64,000 nt of DNA from an uncultured Gammaproteobacteria bacterium (GTDB lineage Bacteria > Pseudomonadota > Gammaproteobacteria > UBA9214): assembly GCA_963748215.1 (NCBI GenBank), contig CAVVHS010000006.1, positions 64,001 through 128,000 on the forward strand, given 5' to 3'. The translations under genes were made by a program, and so were the position numbers. The notes below the pieces were generated by a model. That model searched no databases. It had not been told where the DNA came from and worked only from the letters and a program-made list of their open reading frames with translations. This document shows, in pieces, positions 8,537 to 18,152 of this stretch (position 1 is the first letter of the stretch; every line of letters starts with the position of its first letter).

Positions 8537-9883
8537 ATGATAAAAACCATCCTGGTTGTCGAAGACGACAAGATTCTAAACCGGCTCATTGCCGAACACA
8601 TCGAACGCATAGGCTATGCGGTTCGGGCTGCGTACACCTGGGCAGAGGCCGATCAATATCTGGCGCACCATGAACCGGATCTCGTTTTGATGGATGTGCG
8701 ACTGCCGGACGCGAACGGGATGGAACTGCTTCCCCGGTTGGCAGGTGTGCAACCCGTCATTGTTGTCACTGCATACGGATCGGTGAAGGATGCCGTGAAA
8801 GCCATGCATGCAGGGGTCGAAGATTATCTGACCAAACCCATCAGCCTGGATGAATTGGAAATCGTGGTAAAGAGGACGCTGGATAATATCGCCATGCGAG
8901 CGGAACATCAATTTTGCATACAGCGGATGCAGGCCAGTGAAGGCAAAAAGCTCATGATTGGAAACAGCCCGGCCATGCAGGAGGTCCATCGCCTGATTGA
9001 TGCAGTTGCCGGTACCGATATGACCGTGCTTATTCAAGGAGAAAGTGGTGTCGGTAAGGAGCTCGTGGCGAAGACAGTCCATGAGCGCAGTAACCGGTCA
9101 AAATGTAATTTCGTTGCAGTGGACTGCTGCACCCTTCCGGAAAAACTGTTCGAATCCGAATTGTTCGGACACGAACGCGGTGCCTTCACCAGTGCTGACC
9201 GGCAAAAGAAAGGACTTATCGAGGGCGCCGGTGGCGGAAGCCTTTTTCTGGATGAGATAGGCGAAATCGAAATGGCGGTGCAGGCCAAACTGCTGCGCGT
9301 GCTCGAAACCGGGGTGTTTCGCCGGGTCGGAGGAACGAAGGATTTACGCGCCAATGTGCGGATCGTGGCGGCCACGAACAGCGACCTGGAAAAGGCCAGC
9401 CGGGAAGGAAGCTTCCGTTCCGACCTTTACTACCGCCTGAGTGCTTTTATCATTACAGTTCCTCCGTTACGCGAACGCCGTGAGGATATACCCGAACTCG
9501 TTGATTATTTTATAGGTAGTCGCGAATTTTCACGCCGCATCAATACCACGGTATCTCGTAGTGCGATGCGCGCCTTACTGGCCTATGACTGGCCAGGCAA
9601 TGTCAGGGAACTGAAAAACACAATCGAACGCGCCATCATACTTTCCTGGCAGACCAGGAAGATACGTCCAGAACATCTTGCGCCTATGATTGCCAGTACC
9701 GAGTCGTCAAGTTCGGTGACATTGACCTTCGATCATGAGCCGAGTCTTGCCGAGGTTGAGGGAAAGTATCTGCAGATGCTGCTGACGAAGTACTCGGGAC
9801 ATCGTTTGGACATAGCAAAAAGGCTGGGTGTCAGTGAAAGAAATATTTATCGATTGATCGATAAACATCAGCTAAAGAGCTGA
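8537..9883 (+). CDS. sigma54-dependent (NtrC/AtoC-type) response regulator
   Basis: Receiver domain; GESGVGKE Walker A; ESELFGHERGAFTSA; LFLDEIGE; WPGNVREL; Fis-type HTH. Confidence 0.95.
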   Translation: MIKTILVVEDDKILNRLIAEHIERIGYAVRAAYTWAEADQYLAHHEPDLVLMDVRLPDANGMELLPRLAGVQPVIVVTAYGSVKDAVKAMHAGVEDYLTKPISLDELEIVVKRTLDNIAMRAEHQFCIQRMQASEGKKLMIGNSPAMQEVHRLIDAVAGTDMTVLIQGESGVGKELVAKTVHERSNRSKCNFVAVDCCTLPEKLFESELFGHERGAFTSADRQKKGLIEGAGGGSLFLDEIGEIEMAVQAKLLRVLETGVFRRVGGTKDLRANVRIVAATNSDLEKASREGSFRSDLYYRLSAFIITVPPLRERREDIPELVDYFIGSREFSRRINTTVSRSAMRALLAYDWPGNVRELKNTIERAIILSWQTRKIRPEHLAPMIASTESSSSVTLTFDHEPSLAEVEGKYLQMLLTKYSGHRLDIAKRLGVSERNIYRLIDKHQLKS

Positions 9884-9920
9884 CAGCACGACACACAGTG
9901 CTGGGTGATCAGCGGTAACA

Positions 9921-10130
9921 TCCCGGGCTGCAATGCCCTTTACCCGGCAACTGCAAGCGGACCTTCCTTAGTCCGCCGCTCTCCCCGGGATCAATGCACC
10001 CAGGGTAAGATTGACCCATAATGCTTCCTGCAACGCCCGGTAAAGATCATCCGCTAACAGTTCCGTGATCTGGCGGGTAAAGGTCGGCGTCTATAAATGA
10101 TCGTACGCCAGTGAGGTATTCACCAGCGGC
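9921..10130 (-). pseudogene. Decayed 5' half of a RelE/HigB-2-like toxin gene (copy 1)
   Basis: Minus frames give TPTFTRQITELLADDLYRALQEALWVNLTLGALIPG / GLRKVRLQLPGKG, with lost start and frameshifts. Confidence 0.6.
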
Positions 10131-10342
10131 GTAGTACAGGCCAGGATTCAATCCGCGGACAGGTGAATCAGCGGTAGTCATGGCGCGTCTAAAACAAATG
10201 CCGGAAATCAGCAGAAAGAAGAACTTATTGGCCCAAAATTGCAATAATTCTAGACGCAGAATCGTAGTATATAGTTTATATAAAACAGAGAGATAAGTGT
10301 AGTTAGACAATCAGTAGGGGATGAGGGAATGGAACCGAATCT

Positions 10343-10445
10343 GAGGTTCACAAAATTGTCAGGAACAATTTTGAACGCCGCGAAGCGGCGGCCCCGAAGG
10401 GGCGGCGGACAGGGATGTCCGCCGTAAATCCTCTCACCCCGACCA
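10343..10445 (+). other. tRNA-Pro-like 3' fragment (T-arm, acceptor strand, CCA) interrupted in the T-loop by four hairpins
   Basis: GAGGTTCA (10343-10350) ... AATCCTCTCACCCCGACCA (10427-10445); no 5' tRNA half upstream. Confidence 0.65.
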
Positions 10446-10497
10446 ATGGTGAGCTTGATCGGTTCCTGAATATCGAGTCGCCGATTACCTGACCAAG

Positions 10498-10830
10498 GTC
10501 TACGATGTGGCCATTGTCGGGGCCGGTCCGGCCGGTATGTCGGCCGCAATCTATGCCGTGCGCAAGAATCTTTCGAAGCTGATAATTACCTCCGACATTG
10601 GCGGGCAGTTGGGTGCCACCTATGAGGTTGGCAATTACCCATGCATTCAGATGATCACCGGGCCAGACCGTCGAGCAGTTCGAAGTACACCTGGACAAGG
10701 TGCGCAGTGCCGATCGGGTCGAATCACTGACATTGCATGATCCGGTCGAGATTCACGGGTCGGGGCAGGTGGAAGGAGTCACGGTGAACAATCTTCAGAC
10801 AGGCAAGGTCCGAAGACTCGATGTGCAGGG
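10498..10830 (+). pseudogene. Thioredoxin reductase/AhpF-like flavoprotein remnant
   Basis: VYDVAIVGAGPAGMSAAIYAVRK...GGQL...NYP, then after an internal deletion EIHGSGQVEGVTVNNLQTGKVRRLDVQG. Confidence 0.75.
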
Positions 10831-10924
10831 GTACGAGCAATTGGCCGAGAAAAATCGTCCGCTCGGTATAGCGATGAACATCGAACTGGACATGCCTGAA
10901 CATTCATTGGAGGAGGTTGATTGT

Positions 10925-11224
10925 GAAGACTGGCTTGGCAACCAGTCGCCGAACGTATACACGGTATAATTGATTTCAACGTGGCATCCTGATGGTGCTT
11001 GCAAACTGGCACGGCAATACGATCTGGCAGAGTACGTGGTTTGCAGCTCTGCACACGAGGAACACACCCGCCATGCCCTGTTACTCGGTGCTTACCCTGG
11101 TGCCGATGCAGCAAGGGAAGCAATAACGGGTTTGCCGCCTGAGTTAAAAACCGGCAGGCCATGGATTAGAGAAATTACAGGTCTCAAGCAGTTGATGGTA
11201 AGTAACAGCCGGCAAGCCGAGTAA
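10925..11224 (+). pseudogene. SPOR-domain (DamX-like C-terminus) remnant
   Basis: WLGNQSPNVYTV*LIS...HALLLGAYPGADAAREAITGLPPELKTGRPWIREI, with internal stop. Confidence 0.5.
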
Positions 11225-11306
11225 GAGGCAGCCGTACCGATGTATATCAGGGAAAAATGTGCTTTGACAGCATTATTTGTAGTTTAACCGGGATGAGGAA
11301 TGCGCC

Positions 11307-11570
11307 ATGAATGAAACCAGAAAGTATATCGATGACATGCTCGATGAACTCAGGAAAGAGCGTGAAGAGCTCAAGCTGAAACTTGCTCTGGCCAAGATGG
11401 AGGCGGGTGACGAGTGGGAGAAACTTGAAGGCAAACTGCAGAAGCTCGAGTCCAAGGCCAGTGAGCTTGGCGATGCCACCGCGGAAGCTTCAAAGGGTAT
11501 CGGAGCGGCAGCGCAACTGCTCGGCGAGGAGATCCGGAAAGGATTCAGGATTATCGCCAAACGCCTTTAA
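11307..11570 (+). CDS. Small coiled-coil hypothetical protein
   Basis: GAGGA RBS; heptad-rich LRKEREELKLKLALAKMEAGDEWEKLEGK. Confidence 0.75.
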   Translation: MNETRKYIDDMLDELRKEREELKLKLALAKMEAGDEWEKLEGKLQKLESKASELGDATAEASKGIGAAAQLLGEEIRKGFRIIAKRL

Positions 11571-11853
11571 CCGGAAGGCATCTCAGGATTGGAACCCGGC
11601 CCAGTTGCCTGATATCGCAGGTGTGCGGACCCATCAGTGAGACAAGCGCATGCCTTGCCCTTCGTTTGCAGGGAAATCCGTATTGTGCACAGGCCACAGC
11701 AAGATGAATGCAAACAATTGCGATGTATATCATCACGGTTGTGAACTCTGGTCGGGCTTGCGAGATTGTGAAATGTTTTTACCGTGCAGGAACTATAATA
11801 GCAACGTAAGGTCGCATCCCGTGACGTGGATAATTCAGGCAAGGAGAGAATCA

Positions 11854-12090
11854 GTGGTAACTCAAATACACCATCAGAAACAGACAAAGGCAGCAAAGCA
11901 AAACGCGGCAACGCTATCAGAAGCAAAGCATCAGGCGGCCCGGGATGTCACTCCGGAACAGCGACATCAGATGATCGCGGTAATAGCCTATCTTATCGCC
12001 GAACAGCGTGGCTTTCAGGGCGATATGGCATTGAATGACTGGTTACAGGCAGAAGTGGAAGTGGATGACAGCGTCACAGCTCGACATTGA
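11854..12090 (+). CDS. DUF2934-domain protein
   Basis: EQRHQMIAVIAYLIAEQRGF...DWLQAEVEV; AAGGAG before GTG 11854. Confidence 0.75.
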   Translation: MVTQIHHQKQTKAAKQNAATLSEAKHQAARDVTPEQRHQMIAVIAYLIAEQRGFQGDMALNDWLQAEVEVDDSVTARH

Positions 12091-12119
12091 ATGATGCCTG
12101 GAGGCGAGGGTGGCCGTGT

Positions 12120-12470
12120 GACGCCGAAGGTGCGTGCAGGTGTGCCCTTGCCAATGGGTGCGCGCTAGCGCAATGCGGGAATCAACTTCGCAATATTCAG
12201 CTGCAATATCAACGCTGTCAGCCTGCTGCTGTCCAGTAGTCAGCGGGATAATAAGCCACCGTTACAGTAACGCTTGGTCCCCGGCAGAACCGTACCGGGG
12301 ATAAGTGGCATCTGTGGGTGAACGGTAACGGTCTGGGCACCCGCTATGCCTGCCCGTTCGATGGGTCGTATGCACCCGGGCAGGGTGATCGCTTCAACCA
12401 AAACAGGCTCCTGTTCGACCCGCATGCGACAGCGCTTGCCGGCACCGGGTGACGGGACTTCGCGCGTGCC
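12120..12470 (+). pseudogene. glgX: Glycogen debranching enzyme N-terminal remnant
   Basis: GVPLPMGAR*RNAGINFAIFS ... NRTGDKWHLWV...DGSYAPGQGDRFNQNRLLFDPHATAL; stop and frameshift. Confidence 0.7.
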
Positions 12471-12589
12471 TGCAGCAATTACGTATTAAATACCGATGAG
12501 ATAATGCAGCGGTAAAGCCCCGGTGCCCGGTGCCGGATGGCCGTAAGACCGGGAGAGCGGCCAGCCACCGTGAATCCCACGGTCCGGCA

Positions 12590-13509
12590 TGTGATCCATG
12601 AAACACGTGTACGGTTTTCTCACGATAACCCCTCGTTAGCGGTCGGCATACGGCGGTCTGTCCACGCTCGGCAGCATAGAGCGGCGCCCGGCCAGCTTTT
12701 TGTGCGCGTGTCTGGATGCAATGGTATGGCGGCCTGGGTATCGTCGTGCTGTCGATCACCCTGCTCATGGGGCATCGCGCTGCTGCGCGGTAGCTGGCAG
12801 ACCCGGTTGAAAGCGGGGAGACGCTGATCGCAATGTCGCGCATCCATGCGCGGCACAGCCTTGTCATCCATGTGTGCCTGACCCTTCTGGGCCGGCCGTG
12901 GTGTAGCCTCCGGCCGGTGAAGGCTTCGATGCCCTGCTGCTGGTACTGGCGGCGGTCTCGACAGGCGGCTTTTCCGCGTTCGATGCCAGTCCCGCCGGGC
13001 CGGGGTCAATGATCACCATGGCGGTGCTGGCAGACGCCCTGCTGGGTGCGGTGTCGATGCCATTGTACTGGCGTGTGGTGCAGGCGGGGCCGGGTGGGAG
13101 TTTGCGTGCACTTTTCGGCGATGTTGAGCTGCGTATGCTGCTGGCCGGCTGTCTGCGGGCGGGAGGTTTGCTGACCTGGTTCGCCTGGGAGCATGGCACG
13201 GCAAGGTACTGGTTCCACGGGCTGCTGATGGGCATTTCCGCCCTGACGACCACGGGCTTTGCCACCCTGCCGGTAGCGGATATGGGTACGGCCACGAAGC
13301 TGCTGATGAGCATCGCCATGCTGGTGGGTGGCAGCGTCGGTTCCACCGCCGGCGGCTTCAAATTATTGTGCCTGCTGATCCTCTGCATGCTGCAACTGAC
13401 ACTGCGTCGCCTGGCGATGCCGCCATATGCCGTGGCGGTGCCCTATCGCTCGGGGCATAAGCTTGACAACGATGACATACTGCGGTCCTTGATGATATCG
13501 CAGCGATGA
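12590..13509 (+). pseudogene. trkH: TrkH-type potassium uptake permease remnant
   Basis: WMQWYGGLGIVVLSI near 12715; SALTTTGFAT...MLVGGSVGSTAGGFK in 13009 ORF; fragmented and truncated. Confidence 0.75.
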
Positions 13510-13654
13510 TTCTGTTACAGGATGAAATCAGCTTCAAAGCCAGGCAAACGCCCGTTGTCCGGACACGCAAGGCAGCCAGGTGGAAGCTATACTCTTGTTA
13601 GTGCCGCCCCGTCGCGGGTATTCAGTCACACTGGAAGAATCAGGAGCCAGGTCT

Positions 13655-14083
13655 ATGCCGGTCTACGAACACATTCTCGCTGCCGTTGATTTGGGCGATC
13701 ATAGCGCAAGGGTGTTGCAGCATGCGCAAGCAATGGCACAATTGTGCGAAGCAGAACTAACCGTCCTGCATGTCGTGAACGATAGCCTGCCTACAGATGT
13801 GGATAACCTGATCGCGCTCGCGGACGATCTCGAAAGCAAGCTGGTTGAGGCTGCTGAGAAACAGCTGCATGAATTGCTGGAGCGGGAAGCACTCACCAGC
13901 AGTGTCCGGACTTCCATCGTGTCCGGACGTCCCAGGGTCGAGATTGTGCACATCGCCGAAAGAGAGAAGGCGGATTTGATCGTCCTGGGCGCGCACGTCC
14001 GGCACGGTCTTGCCGGTCTGTTCGGCTCCACTGCGAGCCACGTACTGACCCAGGCAGCCTGCAATGTACTGGTCGTGCGTTAG
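13655..14083 (+). CDS. Universal stress protein (UspA family)
   Basis: YEHILAAVDLG...ADLIVLGAHVRHGLAGLFGSTASHVL...CNVLVVR; AGGAG RBS. Confidence 0.9.
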   Translation: MPVYEHILAAVDLGDHSARVLQHAQAMAQLCEAELTVLHVVNDSLPTDVDNLIALADDLESKLVEAAEKQLHELLEREALTSSVRTSIVSGRPRVEIVHIAEREKADLIVLGAHVRHGLAGLFGSTASHVLTQAACNVLVVR

Positions 14084-14187
14084 GCAGTCTCCGGTTGACT
14101 GATTCCGTGTTGATGAAAGTGCTTCGCAACGCCTGCAATGACAGGTTGCCTGGGTTGATCGGGGGTTCCTGAGCAAAGGTAGTTCAT

Positions 14188-14829
14188 ATGAGCGGCTTTA
14201 CATCGTCCTACTCGCTGCTGCCACCCGTGGTCAGGACCTTGCTGATCGCCAACGGCCTGATGTTCATTTTCGAGCTTTACTATGGCGAGCCGCTGATTAC
14301 CGCCCTGGCGCTTTGGCCGCTGGGCCAGTCGGGCAGTTTTCCGGATCAGCCTGTACAGCAGCATTTCCAGCTGCTGCAGCTGGTGAGCTACAGTTTTCTG
14401 CATGGCAGCGTGATGCACCTGTTTCTGAATATGTATGCCCTGTGGCTGTTCGGCACGCGTATGGAGAATGTCTGGGGCTCCGCTGCATTCACCGTTTATT
14501 ATTTTGTGTGTGTGATCGGTGCCGGACTGGTGCAGCTGCTGGTGTCCACACAGAGCGGCGACTACTACCCGACCGTCGGTGCCTCCGGTGGCATATTCGG
14601 GCTGTTGCTCGCATTTGGCATGCGGTTTCCGAATGAAGTGCTGCTGCTGGTGTTCCCGCCGGTGGCATTGCCGGCAAAATGGTTCGTAACGATTTATGCA
14701 GGCATCGAGCTGTTCGCGGGCGTTACCGGGACCGCGGCGGGGGTGGCGCATTTTGCCCATCTGGGCGGCATGTTGTTCGGTTATCTCCTGATACGGTACT
14801 GGCGCATGCGCCCGCCCGGAGCACGTTGA
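14188..14829 (+). CDS. Rhomboid family intramembrane serine protease
   Basis: FLHGSVMHLFLNM, GASG, AHFAHLGG. Confidence 0.92.
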   Translation: MSGFTSSYSLLPPVVRTLLIANGLMFIFELYYGEPLITALALWPLGQSGSFPDQPVQQHFQLLQLVSYSFLHGSVMHLFLNMYALWLFGTRMENVWGSAAFTVYYFVCVIGAGLVQLLVSTQSGDYYPTVGASGGIFGLLLAFGMRFPNEVLLLVFPPVALPAKWFVTIYAGIELFAGVTGTAAGVAHFAHLGGMLFGYLLIRYWRMRPPGAR

Positions 14830-14941
14830 CCTTATTATGAAAACGGAGCGGGTCAGTTGCTGACCGTGTCAGGGGCTTTGGCAGAGAATTATCTCCATGG
14901 CGTGAAATTACAAGGCGCAATCAAGGTTGTATCTTTCTTCC

Positions 14942-15313
14942 TTACAGAAAACCCCGAACCAGGTAAAAACTCAACAGCAGCCCGAGAATCCCGATAATAG
15001 CGTTCGTGATTATTCCCAAACGAACGTTGTAACCACCGGGTATTTCAACCGGTCTTAATGTCTTCAGTACCTGCCGGTACTGGTTTATCGAAACGAATGC
15101 CAGGAACGAGGCGAGCAGGATAAAGGAGATACCTACGATGAAAGAAATATGTCGTTGAAAAACCTTTATTTCGTCTTTACCCGCGATCTCGAGAAACAGG
15201 CCAAAACGTTCTATAACAAAACCGAACGCCATAAGTGAAATGCTGGTTCTGTTCCACGCCAGCAAGGTGCGTTCGGCAGCAAACAGCACTCTTGGATCAT
15301 TCAGGTCGGACAT
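14942..15313 (-). CDS. DUF202/YidH family membrane protein
   Basis: DPRVLFAAERTLLAWNRT motif; 3 TM. Confidence 0.88.
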   Translation of the reverse strand: MSDLNDPRVLFAAERTLLAWNRTSISLMAFGFVIERFGLFLEIAGKDEIKVFQRHISFIVGISFILLASFLAFVSINQYRQVLKTLRPVEIPGGYNVRLGIITNAIIGILGLLLSFYLVRGFL

Positions 15314-15347
15314 CTGTGATACCTTGAATTAAATTATCTGAGAGCAA

Positions 15348-16319
15348 TCAGGCGCCGGGCACCAACAGCGGCGTCCCGTTCATTTCGTGCCATTGCAGTA
15401 TGCCGTCCCAGATTTCCTGTGCCGTTTCGGCGTACCAGAACAGCTCGCGGTCCTCTTCATCGATTACGCCTTCCTCGACCAGAAAATCCACGCTGAAGGC
15501 CTTCCGCCAGTACGCTTCACCGACGAGCACGATCGGTACCGGCTTGATCTTGCGTGTCTGCACCAGGGTCAGGGTCTCGAACAACTCGTCGAACGTACCA
15601 TAACCACCCGGAAATGCCACCAGCGCCCGGGTGCGTAACAGGAAGTGCAGTTTGCGCAAGGCGAAGTAGTGAAAGCGGAAACACAGGTCCGGTGTAATAT
15701 AGGAATTTGGATACTGTTCGTGCGGCAGCTTTATGTTCAGGCCGATGGACTTGCTGCCCTCGTCATGGGCGCCGCGATTGGCGGCTTCCATTATGCCGGG
15801 GCCGCCACCGGTCATGATCACCAGCTGACCGTCGCGTGATTGCTTGCCGGCCCGGCTCACCAGTCGGCCGAACGCCTGGGCTACCTCGTAATAAGAACTT
15901 TTGGCCAGTACCCGCTCGGCAACATGCAATTGCCGCTGCAAGCCGGTATTGTCGGGATCACCGGCGAGTTGCTCGCGCGTCTTATCCAGCCTGGCCTGCG
16001 CGGTTGAAGGGTCATGAATCCGTGTACTGCCAAACACGACAACGGTGTGCCGGATATCATGTTTCTGGAGCAGAAACTCCGGTTTCTGATAGTCAATTTG
16101 CAGACGCACGCCACGGGTTTCGTCCAGGTTGAGAAAATCGACATCCTGATCAGCCTGGAGATAGCTGGGATTTTCGAGGATTGCCTGCACACGATCCTGC
16201 ACTCCGGGATCCTCTGCTGCGGGTTTGGGCTGGCATCCCGGCAGTGGCTGGCGTCGTTGCTGCGGGTGTGGCGGGGCAGGGATGCGTGCCTGCCCTGGGG
16301 CGCCGTTATTTTTCTTCAT
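15348..16319 (-). CDS. LOG family (TIGR00730-like) nucleotide phosphoribohydrolase
   Basis: TGGGPGIMEAANRGA, PGGYGTFDELFE. Confidence 0.9.
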   Translation of the reverse strand: MKKNNGAPGQARIPAPPHPQQRRQPLPGCQPKPAAEDPGVQDRVQAILENPSYLQADQDVDFLNLDETRGVRLQIDYQKPEFLLQKHDIRHTVVVFGSTRIHDPSTAQARLDKTREQLAGDPDNTGLQRQLHVAERVLAKSSYYEVAQAFGRLVSRAGKQSRDGQLVIMTGGGPGIMEAANRGAHDEGSKSIGLNIKLPHEQYPNSYITPDLCFRFHYFALRKLHFLLRTRALVAFPGGYGTFDELFETLTLVQTRKIKPVPIVLVGEAYWRKAFSVDFLVEEGVIDEEDRELFWYAETAQEIWDGILQWHEMNGTPLLVPGA

Positions 16320-16418
16320 CGCGGTATTCCCTCGCGTCCTGAATGTTGCCCGTGAATATTACGTGACAATGCACTACCTGATATATCGATGTGTGCTTCA
16401 GGGCGTTGCAGGTGTCGA

Positions 16419-16652
16419 TCAGTCATAGGATTCGGGCAGGTTTTGCTCCCTGTCCCGCTGCATGCGCGACAGGTGACTGTGCAGCAGCCAGCCGACTGCA
16501 ATTCCTGTCAGCAGGATAAACACGAACATCAATGCCCTTGACATGACCACTTTCCAGAACAGGAAGCGCAGTTCGACAACCTCGGCGTTTTGAACGATAA
16601 AAATACTTGCCAGCGCAACCAGCAGCAGGATCGAGAACAGTTTCCAGTTCAT
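16419..16652 (-). CDS. LapA/DUF1049 family small membrane protein
   Basis: IFIVQNAEVVELRFLFW between two TM helices; GAGG RBS. Confidence 0.8.
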   Translation of the reverse strand: MNWKLFSILLLVALASIFIVQNAEVVELRFLFWKVVMSRALMFVFILLTGIAVGWLLHSHLSRMQRDREQNLPESYD

Positions 16653-16824
16653 TTATGCCTCATGGTGAATAGTGAAAAGCCGGAATCCCACGCAGGCCTG
16701 CACACGGTATGTCGGGATTGCCGATCCCCGATAATTTACCACGCCCTATGCTGGCTGTTCAGCCGCATGTCGATGTTCACGGTGATTATTTGGGCTCTTC
16801 CCCAAATCATGTGGGCAGATCTCC

Positions 16825-17100
16825 TTTACAGGGCCGAATTCATTCGGCCACCAGCTGGTTCGTGAATGGTCGAATGAATTCGACCCTACAGGAGACAAGG
16901 AGGCCATCCTGTCCTGTGACGCATTGCACAGAAGGCGTCTTTCCCTGCACCATCAAGTCTGTTGCATCACCACGGTCACCCGCGGTCGTCATCATTTGCT
17001 TACGGAGACCAGCGCAGCACGTCTGCTCGGATGAAACACCCTTGGTCGAATGAATTCGACCCTATGGTCTGATTGAGCAGGTCCGGATTCATTCGGCCAA
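16825..17100. repeat. Cluster of four GTAG-type REP-like palindromes
   Basis: GGTCGAATGAATTCGACCCTA at 16868 and 17044; inverted variants GGCCGAATTCATTCGGCC near 16832 and GGTCCGGATTCATTCGGCC near 17080. Confidence 0.75.
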
Positions 17101-17171
17101 GCACCTTGCCATCAGAAGCAATGCGTCTCGTCTGAATTGATGTGTTACCCACTCAATCAGGTGAAGGCCCA

Positions 17172-18152
17172 TTATTTGTGTGCCTTGCGCTTGTTCGGGA
17201 CGTGCAAGTCGGCGCGGGCCTGGCGAAAAGGCCGAATCACGGCAGGCGCTTCGCTGACTTCGTTGTTGATGGCCACCATCCACTCGGCATAATCAGGGTC
17301 AAGCCTTATGAGTGTTTGCACGATTTCCTGTTTGTAGGCCGTCTCGATCGGGGCGCTGCGGCCGGGCCAGATCCGGAACTTTACACGTACAAACGGCCGA
17401 CTGGCCGGCAATGAACCCGCTGTGCCGATTTCAGGTTTGCTGCGGATGATGCCCTGGAATTGCTGGACGAATCCCCGGGTGATTGCCTCTATTTTCTCCA
17501 GCATCTGCTGCGCAGTTTCCTGCTGCGATGAAAGGGTGATATCGGCAAAACAGCGAACGTACCCGCGCGGGTAAACAATGACATTGGACAGTGTCCGGTT
17601 GGGAATGAAAACCTGGGCGCCGAGCGGATTGAGCAAGACGGTAAAACGCATCCCGATACTCAGGACAAGCCCGGTCTGGCCCGAGATCTCCACCAGGTCG
17701 CCGATCTGGAATAAATCGGAAAAGATCACTGTCAATCCGGTCACCACATCCTGCACCAGTCCTTGCGAGCCGAAGCCGATGGCCAGTCCCAGGATGGAGG
17801 CACTGGCCAGATAGGCAGTCAGTGATACGCCGAATTCGTGCAGTACCAGCCCGATGGCACCGAAATACAGGGTGAAGACGAGTATGCTGGTTATCAGTCC
17901 TGCCAGGGTACGAAGCTTGGCCCAGCGCATGACCGCATCATTCGTGAGCAGGTGTTGCCCGATGAGACGAACCGCGCGCACCGTCAAATGGGCAATGGCG
18001 GCAATAGCGATTACCAGTACTATGCGTCCTGTTGTACCCAGTCCGGTGAAAGAAAATATGTCTGTTGTCACTGTACCTTGCTCACTGCGCAGGGGACTTC
18101 GGCAATCAAGGAAGTTCTGGTTTAATCGTAAAAAGACAGGTGCCCTGGCCAT
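17172..18152 (-). CDS. MscS family mechanosensitive channel protein (start uncertain)
   Basis: LGLAIGFGSQGLVQDVVTG...FQIGDLVEI...IGMRFT...FIPNR. Confidence 0.88.
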   Translation of the reverse strand: MARAPVFLRLNQNFLDCRSPLRSEQGTVTTDIFSFTGLGTTGRIVLVIAIAAIAHLTVRAVRLIGQHLLTNDAVMRWAKLRTLAGLITSILVFTLYFGAIGLVLHEFGVSLTAYLASASILGLAIGFGSQGLVQDVVTGLTVIFSDLFQIGDLVEISGQTGLVLSIGMRFTVLLNPLGAQVFIPNRTLSNVIVYPRGYVRCFADITLSSQQETAQQMLEKIEAITRGFVQQFQGIIRSKPEIGTAGSLPASRPFVRVKFRIWPGRSAPIETAYKQEIVQTLIRLDPDYAEWMVAINNEVSEAPAVIRPFRQARADLHVPNKRKAHK

